Source of the DNA: a virus
Strand: one strand, 5' to 3'
UHGV virus genome: UHGV-0204983
DNA: 31,722 nt
The notes below the pieces were generated by a model that was not told the origin of the DNA, made no database searches, and saw only the letters and a list, made by a program, of their open reading frames with translations. Numbering within the stretch: the stretch's first letter is position 1; every line of letters starts with the position of its first letter. A program made the translations under genes and the position numbers. This document shows positions 25,752 to 31,722 of this stretch, piece after piece.

Positions 25752-26088
25752 ATTTTTTATAAATCAGCCTTTCCTTGTTCCATTCAGGATAAATACCTTT
25801 TAAATATTTAGCCATGATTTTTAACATTTCATCTCGATATCCTTTACCACCATTGTCCAATAAATGATGATGGTATCTACACCCTAATACTAGATTTTCA
25901 GGTATACCTAATCCCATCTTTGATTTAGGTATATAGTGCATAGCATCTAAAATAATACAATCCAACGTGTTTGGATATTTAGGGTGCATATGATATTTAA
26001 TTTTACAAAATAAGCATTGTTCATCGCGTAATAACAATTCATGATATGTATTCTTTGATACCTGTAGTAGCTTAGTATAACTAGCCAT
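25735..26088 (-). CDS. HNH-family nuclease (NinG/Ref-like)
   Basis: RDEQCLFC...AMHYIPKSKMGLGIPENLVLGCRYHH. Confidence 0.78.
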   Translation of the reverse strand: MASYTKLLQVSKNTYHELLLRDEQCLFCKIKYHMHPKYPNTLDCIILDAMHYIPKSKMGLGIPENLVLGCRYHHHLLDNGGKGYRDEMLKIMAKYLKGIYPEWNKERLIYKKYEQKI

Positions 26089-26536
26089 TATTACACTCCC
26101 AACTAGCCTTTAAATTTTCTAATTCATCAGGCGTTTTTGTCTCTATCCCCATCTCTTTAGCCTCATAAACAACCCCATCAATCAAGACAGACATCTGCTT
26201 AGTGTTCATTTGACTTGAAGGCAAATAAGCTTTATATGAATTAAATAGCTGTTCTCCACTTTTGATTGTGCTTTCAAGTTCGTAATATTTAATCAAACCC
26301 GTTATATCTTGGTCAGCCGGCACCAAGGCACTATATGTCTCACCATACTGCTTTAGCATACACAAGTGGACAAAGTCTTTAGTTTGATGTAACGCTTCAG
26401 CAATCTTATTTACTAACACCCAGTAATAAGCATTGGCGTCTAATGATCTTTTGCCCTTGTATTCTTTAACTTCATACAATTTGTCATCGTTTAAGGTTAC
26501 TAAATAGGCAATTAATTGTTTAGGTGTCCCTTTCAT
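26081..26536 (-). CDS. NinB-like recombination protein
   Basis: KRSLDANAYYWVL, SSQMNTKQMSVLIDG..EAKEMGI. Confidence 0.8.
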   Translation of the reverse strand: MKGTPKQLIAYLVTLNDDKLYEVKEYKGKRSLDANAYYWVLVNKIAEALHQTKDFVHLCMLKQYGETYSALVPADQDITGLIKYYELESTIKSGEQLFNSYKAYLPSSQMNTKQMSVLIDGVVYEAKEMGIETKTPDELENLKASWECNNG

Positions 26537-26539
26537 TTA

Positions 26540-26971
26540 TTACTCCAAAAAATTATCATCTATCGATACTTTGTCGCCAAAATCAGCAAATGGGTCATCT
26601 TCTTTATCACGATAATCATAAGGGGTTAGCTCTCCTTGTTTGGTTTCAGTTTTAGACTTGTTATCGCAGAAACTGATTGAATCAACTATTACCTCGGTAA
26701 TGTATACTGTCTCATCGTGCTTATTTTTATAACTTCTGGTCTGAATCCGACCATCAATTCCAATTAGACTGCCTTTGTCAAAGTATTTACTAATTGTTTC
26801 TGCTGTATTTTTAAAAGCTACGCAGTTGATAAAGTCTGCTTCGTATTTTCCCATTGCATTTTTAAATTTTCTTTGAACTGCAACAGCAAAATTACAACAA
26901 GCCACATTTGATTGAGTATATCTTAATTCGGGTTTAGAGGTTAATCTTCCCATTAAATTTACACTGTTCAT
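26540..26971 (-). CDS. ssb: Single-stranded DNA-binding protein
   Basis: MNSVNLMGRLT.PELRYT, ADFINCVAF, GRIQTRSY, acidic tail. Confidence 0.93.
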   Translation of the reverse strand: MNSVNLMGRLTSKPELRYTQSNVACCNFAVAVQRKFKNAMGKYEADFINCVAFKNTAETISKYFDKGSLIGIDGRIQTRSYKNKHDETVYITEVIVDSISFCDNKSKTETKQGELTPYDYRDKEDDPFADFGDKVSIDDNFLE

Positions 26972-26988
26972 ATTTCTCCTTTCTGCCC

Positions 26989-27012
26989 CCAAGAATGAAG
27001 AGTCATTCTTGG
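26989..27012. repeat. Perfect 10-bp inverted repeat downstream of VR copy 2
   Basis: CCAAGAATGA-AGAG-TCATTCTTGG. Confidence 0.7.
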
Positions 27013-27047
27013 TTTGGCGTTCTTTACTTATTTTTAAATTAATTATT

Positions 27048-27680
27048 TTAGTCTTCTAATTTAGTTACTGCATTATCTTTAGTAACCCGTATAACTGGGC
27101 GGACGCCGTAGCCATTGCTCACACTGTAGTTCGTGAGCTCACCTGCACCAGTGACGCTGAACTCGTTGGCAACGCCCCAATAGCCGAAGTCGGACGGCGA
27201 CATTGTCCAATAGCCATAATCATAATTTGACTTTAAAGCATCTAGTGGCAATCTCTCAGCTTCATCTTTAGTCAATAATCTTACATAATCTTCAGTTGTC
27301 CTTGATTGACCCTCAATACTAACTGTAGTTTCCATTAGCTCCATTTTTGTCTTATCCAAGTCTTTCAAAAGCTCACTATTTAAAGTCATTCGAATTGGAC
27401 TATCTGCCCACCAAATATTTTTAACATTATTACTAAATTTAATATCTTTATCGCAATCTAAAAGTCCTTCATCAAAGTATTTAGCACATTGTTCAGGCGA
27501 TAGTTTGTCTTTCAAGAATAGTGTTAGCGTGTCCTCATCTTCAGCGATGATGTACCACTCTAAGTTGCTAAATTTAACTAAATCGTACAATTTTACACTA
27601 CCATTTTCATTTCTAATAGTTTCAATTTCTTTAAGAATTTGCTTGCATTGATCTTCTAATTCATTTAATCGTTCGTTCAT
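27048..27680 (-). CDS. DUF6273/C-type-lectin-like protein with DGR-type variable region (copy 2)
   Basis: Paralog of 22053-22673. VR at 27099-27200. 27072-27118 is identical to 22065-22111 (47 bp). Confidence 0.82.
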   Translation of the reverse strand: MNERLNELEDQCKQILKEIETIRNENGSVKLYDLVKFSNLEWYIIAEDEDTLTLFLKDKLSPEQCAKYFDEGLLDCDKDIKFSNNVKNIWWADSPIRMTLNSELLKDLDKTKMELMETTVSIEGQSRTTEDYVRLLTKDEAERLPLDALKSNYDYGYWTMSPSDFGYWGVANEFSVTGAGELTNYSVSNGYGVRPVIRVTKDNAVTKLED

Positions 27681-27690
27681 AACTATCCTC

Positions 27691-27987
27691 CTAAATTTCT
27701 AACATCTCAGCGTCCAATATACATTGTTCGCAACAATACCCACACCCGCCATTGATAAATTCTGTGGTATCTCGCAATTGCTCTTCTTTATACCATTCTT
27801 GACAAATTTCACACTGCTGCATTTCACTTATATCTTCACTATTGCATTGCGGGCAAACTTGTATTGTTGTTGGTGTACCGTTTGGAAACAAATTACTCAC
27901 GCCATAAAATTCTTCAAATGTTATTCTTTTTTTTGCAGGTTCTTCAAAATTTTCATCACACATCTCGCAATAATACATACTTATCAC
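27691..27987 (-). CDS. Multi-CxxC Zn-finger protein
   Basis: CEMC, CPQC, CEIC, CEQC. Confidence 0.7.
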   Translation of the reverse strand: MISMYYCEMCDENFEEPAKKRITFEEFYGVSNLFPNGTPTTIQVCPQCNSEDISEMQQCEICQEWYKEEQLRDTTEFINGGCGYCCEQCILDAEMLEI

Positions 27988-28787
27988 TCTCTTTCAGCCC
28001 TAATTTTTTCGGCTTCGCCAAAAGTCAACTCGCTTAGTTTATGTTTTCCGAATTTTGTTAGATAATCTCTTATCGTATCCTCATCTACTTCGGATTTGAT
28101 CCATTGTTTTTGCCCTTCATTTATAGGGCTGTTATTTATGCCAGCCTCATGGCTTACTGGCTCTTTGTCGATCAAGTCTATTGCAACTTTAACATTTTCA
28201 TCTTTAGCATTCCCCCTCAACCACTCAAAGTAACTCCTATCACTCTCGAATATCTCTCCTAACGTCTTTCCTTGATATTTTCCAAAGGAAAGTTTTAAAT
28301 TCTCAGCGTCTTCCTTAGTAACAACTGCTGGTAAATCTTCGCCCTGATATAGTGACAATCCCAAACCAAACATCGCTAAATTTTTAGTAAGGCACCTCAT
28401 AATGGTCTTGTTTACGTCGAACATAGTCGCAGGTTCAACCCTTTTTCCGGTGTAATTACCAGTAAATTTGCCATTAACATACTCTTTGACTTGATAAGTA
28501 TATGGGCGGATTAGCATTGCTTTATTGGCATTGTCCATGACAGGCAGCCACATCTCATGCGTTATACCTTCAATAGTTACACTTGTAAACACCATATAAC
28601 CTGTATTTTCGTCATAAACATAAGGTACATTTTTCTCGCCAAACTTATATATCTTATACGTAGCCTTTGGATATATTTTCTTTATCTCGGCCCAAGCATA
28701 AGCCCAGCTTAAATAATTCAATCCATTCTTCTGCTCGACTTTATCATTAACATTCAATTCATATAAGTTTTCAAACATATTTTCCAT
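27984..28787 (-). CDS. Sak/Rad52-like single-strand annealing protein (DUF1071-type)
   Basis: NVNDKVEQKNGLNYLSWAYAW, MWLPVMD, NKTIMRCLTKNLAMFGLGLSLYQGEDLP. C-terminal FGKYQGKTL module. Confidence 0.85.
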   Translation of the reverse strand: MENMFENLYELNVNDKVEQKNGLNYLSWAYAWAEIKKIYPKATYKIYKFGEKNVPYVYDENTGYMVFTSVTIEGITHEMWLPVMDNANKAMLIRPYTYQVKEYVNGKFTGNYTGKRVEPATMFDVNKTIMRCLTKNLAMFGLGLSLYQGEDLPAVVTKEDAENLKLSFGKYQGKTLGEIFESDRSYFEWLRGNAKDENVKVAIDLIDKEPVSHEAGINNSPINEGQKQWIKSEVDEDTIRDYLTKFGKHKLSELTFGEAEKIRAERE

Positions 28788-28789
28788 TT

Positions 28790-29110
28790 CTAAAACCCTC
28801 TTTCTTTTTCATTTTTAAACTTGCTCGCCATAGTATCAAACGTATCTTCCATGGCTCTAGCTCTAGCACACAAGTGATGAGCTGTTGCGTAATACTCTTC
28901 TAAATTTTTAATAATCCAATAACCACCACTCTTGCCGGCTTCACTCCCAATTAGCCTAGGATATGTAACTTCGTCCCTAATAGTCTGAATATAACTCCTA
29001 AACGTCTTATGATCCTTGATGTTAAATTTCTTCATAATCTCCTTAGCCTTAATTCGTTTGTCATATCCAACACAATTTTTAATTAAATATCCATAAATTA
29101 AATCTTCCAT
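28790..29110 (-). CDS. Winged-helix-like hypothetical protein
   Basis: IKAKEI...FRSYIQTIR...IGS...GGYW pattern. Confidence 0.6.
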   Translation of the reverse strand: MEDLIYGYLIKNCVGYDKRIKAKEIMKKFNIKDHKTFRSYIQTIRDEVTYPRLIGSEAGKSGGYWIIKNLEEYYATAHHLCARARAMEDTFDTMASKFKNEKERGF

Positions 29111-29150
29111 TTATTCCCCTTTCCTTGATTTTTTTAATAATTCAAAATCT

Positions 29151-29849
29151 TTAATCTTCATTTAACCAATCCCACTCAGCTAGTTCATCAATTGCGAGCT
29201 GCTGCTCCTCGCTAATCCCAGCTGGTTCTTTAAAGCGCTTGCTTTCGCCTCGACACTCCTCCAAAGTCTTATAGCCTTTGTCGTGCCACGAGTTAATAAT
29301 TGCCTCTGTATAGCTTAAAGCTCTAGCTCCGTTTAAAATAGTTAAGTCTATTGCGTGATTAATAATTTCATCACTAAACCACTTTTTCCATTCATCAATT
29401 TTTTGAATTTCTGGAGAAGCAATTGTTCTTCCAAAATTTTTCTCTAAATAATAATAAGTATTTATAGTCTTATATTCTGTATTATTCTTAGATTGTTGTT
29501 GATTTGTCTGTTGATTGTCTGTTATTTGTCTGTTAGATTGACTGTTATTTTCTTGATACGCTTCGTAATTAATTATTGAAATTACACGGTATTTAGTATA
29601 ACTTTTGTTTGTTATGTTGTTTGTTAAAATCAGTTTACTTAGCGATGTTCTTGTCTGTTGGATACTTAGACCAGTTTCTTTACTCAATTTTGGTAATGAT
29701 GTAACGAAACTTCCTCTTGGTATATCTATACCCTCAAACTTACCATCTTTCCAATTAGCCTTTAACAAGCAATGTATAAATAGTCTTGTAGTATTAATAT
29801 CTGAGTACCACTCCCAGTTTAAAATTTTAGTGTGTAACTTCACCCACAA
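29151..29849 (-). CDS. Replication initiator (N-terminal HTH + DnaD/DnaB_2 domain)
   Basis: WVKLH..ILNWEWY, RGSFVTSL..LSKETGLS, YTEAIINSWHDKG. TTG start after GGAGG. Confidence 0.88.
   Translation of the reverse strand: MWVKLHTKILNWEWYSDINTTRLFIHCLLKANWKDGKFEGIDIPRGSFVTSLPKLSKETGLSIQQTRTSLSKLILTNNITNKSYTKYRVISIINYEAYQENNSQSNRQITDNQQTNQQQSKNNTEYKTINTYYYLEKNFGRTIASPEIQKIDEWKKWFSDEIINHAIDLTILNGARALSYTEAIINSWHDKGYKTLEECRGESKRFKEPAGISEEQQLAIDELAEWDWLNED
29493..29546. repeat. Iteron-like repeats (likely origin of replication)
   Basis: TTGTCTGTT at 29504, 29515 and 29526, and TTGACTGTT at 29538 (11-12 bp period), in the initiator linker next to an AT-rich tract. Confidence 0.75.
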
Positions 29850-29864
29850 GAGACGGCACCTCCT

Positions 29865-29984
29865 CTATCTATGAACAACTATCAATATGATCATTATCAG
29901 TCCAAACAATGATAGCTTGGTTATAAACTTAAACCATTCATTAAATTCTTCTTCATCTTCAAAAAAATATTCTATAACTTTCAT
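29865..29984 (-). CDS. Small membrane protein (39 aa)
   Basis: MKVIEYFFEDEEEFNEWFKFITKLSLFGLIMIILIVVHR*. RBS GAGGT. Confidence 0.55.
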   Translation of the reverse strand: MKVIEYFFEDEEEFNEWFKFITKLSLFGLIMIILIVVHR

Positions 29985-30263
29985 GCTTGATTACCTCTAT
30001 TCCAAATTACATAATTTTTTTTGTTTAGTTTTAATTAAAATATAATTAAGTCTTTTTAATTTTTTATTTATAAAAATAATTTTTCTTCCATAATAAAAAC
30101 CCTCCTCACATAATCAATCTAGAGTTTGTGAAACACCTAAAAGGTATTTCTATTTAATTATACAAAAATATAAGCAAATAGACAACCCTTTTCAGGTAGT
30201 TTTCACGAAAGAAAATTATGTGTTCTTGACTTCGAAACTTAAGCACATTTTCAATCTTTTTTG

Positions 30264-30425
30264 TTATTTTTTTAATTTATCGTTTTTAATTAGATACAAC
30301 ATATAATCTGTTTTTGTCATTTGTCTTTTTTCTGCTTTTTCAGAAAATTCTTTATACTCGTTTTCTGTTAGTCGAGTTGAAAAACGTCGCGTTTTTCCAT
30401 TTTCTTTTTTGCTTCCTTTTCGCAT
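30264..30425 (-). CDS. Ribbon-helix-helix protein (53 aa, NikA/MobC-like)
   Basis: MRKGSKKENGKTRRFSTRLTENEYKEFSEKAEKRQMTKTDYMLYLIKNDKLKK*. Has its own promoter upstream. Confidence 0.7.
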   Translation of the reverse strand: MRKGSKKENGKTRRFSTRLTENEYKEFSEKAEKRQMTKTDYMLYLIKNDKLKK

Positions 30426-30447
30426 ATCCCTTCTTTCCATCTTGACT

Positions 30448-30487
30448 TCACAATATAATTATATATTATGTGAGGGCAAAATGTCAA
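30448..30487 (-). promoter_or_regulatory. sigmaA promoter with TCACA/TGTGA inverted arms
   Basis: TTGACA (30487-30482), 18 bp, TATAAT (30463-30458). Confidence 0.6.
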
Positions 30488-30599
30488 GACCTCCTTTCAA
30501 AACAATTGTAAATATACTTTAGTTTGACGTTAAGTTTTTATTATTTAATTTTCAAAGAACAATTTTATTTGTGTTATAATCTCCTTATAGGAAGGAGGT

Positions 30600-30830
30600 G
30601 TGTTTAATGTTAAAATATTAATGAAAGAAACCGATCAAGAAATTTTATTTGAAAACTGTACTAAAATTTCTACAACAAATGGAGCCAAAACAAATGTTTT
30701 AGACACTGACAATATTTTAAACAACAACTTTGAATATCAAGATAAAACAATTTGCTTTATTTCGGATAACCAAAGTTTAAGAATTAATGGCAACGATATT
30801 TTGCTTATAATTACTTATAAAATGAAATAA
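30600..30830 (+). CDS. Hypothetical protein, inverted moron within the early operon
   Basis: Extended -10 TGTTATAAT (~30572-30580), RBS GGAGG, GTG start, hairpin after the stop codon. Confidence 0.7.
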   Translation: MFNVKILMKETDQEILFENCTKISTTNGAKTNVLDTDNILNNNFEYQDKTICFISDNQSLRINGNDILLIITYKMK

Positions 30831-30859
30831 AAAATTAGGCACTAGCACTGTCTAGTTTT

Positions 30860-30964
30860 TTATATAAACATTTTTAGTAATTCTAAATACCCTGTAGGAA
30901 TTGGTCTATTTTCTTTTATTAATTCTTTAATTCTATTAATAAGCATTTCTTTTATTTCTTCCAT
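30860..30964 (-). CDS. Small hypothetical protein (34 aa)
   Basis: MEEIKEMLINRIKELIKENRPIPTGYLELLKMFI*. RBS AGGAGG. Confidence 0.55.
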   Translation of the reverse strand: MEEIKEMLINRIKELIKENRPIPTGYLELLKMFI

Positions 30965-31015
30965 ACATACCTCCTAATTTGCTTTATTTTTTGTTTTATG
31001 ATACAATATGAGTGT

Positions 31016-31162
31016 TTATTTTTTTAAATAAACTATTGATTGTTGACCGTCTGAGGCGTCCATCTCTGCGGTCTTTTTTTCTTGCAGTCCGCCAATATAG
31101 CCAACGGCCAAAACTAACACTACTACCGCCACCATCGGTAAATAACTAATTATTTTTTTCAT
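31016..31162 (-). CDS. Small membrane protein (48 aa)
   Basis: MKKIISYLPMVAVVVLVLAVGYIGGLQEKKTAEMD.... RBS GGAGG. Overlaps the end of xis. Confidence 0.55.
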   Translation of the reverse strand: MKKIISYLPMVAVVVLVLAVGYIGGLQEKKTAEMDASDGQQSIVYLKK

Positions 31163-31343
31163 TGCCTCCACCTCTCTCTATTCCGTATGTCTCTTCAAAG
31201 GCTTTTACTAACACTCTTCCCTTCTCAGTCCTTAAACCTTGATTATTCAATTTAGTATTTATCTCTCTTATGATGTCGTAAGATTTACTTTTTGAATAGT
31301 TAAATAATCTCATAATATCTTTGTATGTGTAAAATAACTTCAT
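31146..31343 (-). CDS. xis: Excisionase (ICEBs1 Xis-like)
   Basis: FYTYKDIMRLFNYSKSKSYDIIREINTKL..QG...GRV...FEETYG. ATG 31343 after AGGAGG. Confidence 0.75.
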   Translation of the reverse strand: MKLFYTYKDIMRLFNYSKSKSYDIIREINTKLNNQGLRTEKGRVLVKAFEETYGIERGGGNEKNN

Positions 31344-31396
31344 GCGACCTCCTTTTGTGTATTTTTTATTTTTTCCATTCATTTTGTGTAGTTTTT

Positions 31397-31591
31397 TTAT
31401 AAAAAAATATCTACATTAAAAGGTCGATTATATGCTTTATACAGTTGTTTAATTTTTTTTAAAGTCGCAATGCTTGGCTTACGATCATTGAGTTCTAACT
31501 TCTCATACATTGATTTACTAATAAACAATAAATCAGCGACTTCTTGAACCGTTAGCTCCTCAACTTCTCTAAATTCTTTCAATGTCATCAC
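31397..31591 (-). CDS. Cro-like XRE HTH protein
   Basis: LKEFRE...TVQEVADLLFISKSMYEKLELNDRKPS. Divergent from the repressor. Confidence 0.85.
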   Translation of the reverse strand: MMTLKEFREVEELTVQEVADLLFISKSMYEKLELNDRKPSIATLKKIKQLYKAYNRPFNVDIFL

Positions 31592-31616
31592 TTCACCTCC
31601 TCCTGTCTGTGATTAT

Positions 31617-31717
31617 AGTCTACCACACATTGTGTGTAGCGTCAATAGCTAATTAAACATTTTGAAGTTTTTTTACAAATTTTACACATTTTGTGTTATT
31701 ATAGTAAAAATGAGGTG
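31617..31717. promoter_or_regulatory. Genetic switch: divergent promoters and operators
   Basis: Lytic promoter on - strand: TTGACG, 17 bp, TAGACT (31645-31617). Repressor promoter: extended -10 TGTTATTAT (31694-31702). Operators ACACA-N3-TGTGT at 31625-31637 and 31684-31696. RBS GAGGTG at 31712. Confidence 0.78.
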
Positions 31718-31722
31718 GTTAA

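Larger units (their letters stand above)
1..31722. mobile_element. Temperate siphophage, probably a complete circular genome opened at the repressor gene
   Basis: All modules are present (lysogeny, replication, packaging, head, tail, lysis). attP is intact and internal, and no host genes are seen. The window ends with GAGGTGgttaa, which forms an RBS for the ATG at position 1 if circularised. Confidence 0.93.

Noticed and set aside
29493..29546. CRISPR array
   Set aside because: 9-bp units at an 11-12 bp period inside the initiator gene are iterons. No repeat-spacer array was seen anywhere in the window.
1..31722. Reverse transcriptase, template repeat or Avd of a DGR
   Set aside because: No ORF has RT motifs. 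GGCGTCCGCC was found by eye only in the two VRs, and no AAC-rich third copy was seen.

Overview
The window appears to be a complete, circularly permuted ~31.7-kb temperate siphophage genome from a low-GC, walled Firmicutes (Bacillota) host, using the standard genetic code. It is opened at the repressor ATG, whose RBS sits at the very end of the window. The + strand carries the lysogeny module (cI/ImmR, ImmA protease, a membrane Zn-ribbon protein, tyrosine integrase), an attP whose core matches a tRNA-Gly 3' end, and an autoregulated moron flanked by two promoter-sRNA units. The - strand carries cro, xis, replication/recombination genes (DnaD-like initiator with iterons, Sak-like SSAP, SSB, NinB, HNH, RusA), small early ORFs, a late activator, terminases, A118-like head and tail genes, and lysis genes. 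Most notable observations: (1) two paralogous DUF6273/C-type-lectin-like genes carry DGR-style variable regions, but no reverse transcriptase, template repeat or Avd was found in the genome, suggesting diversification in trans. (2) A 47-aa Acb2/Tad1-like ORF lies between holin and endolysin. (3) The tail-assembly-chaperone pair is displaced ~10 kb from the tail genes and joined by a +1/-2 frameshift. (4) A ~200-nt GC-rich pseudoknotted RNA-like element lies upstream of terL. (5) A Dps-like gene sits in the late operon. All family assignments are by motif recognition; no database searches were run.
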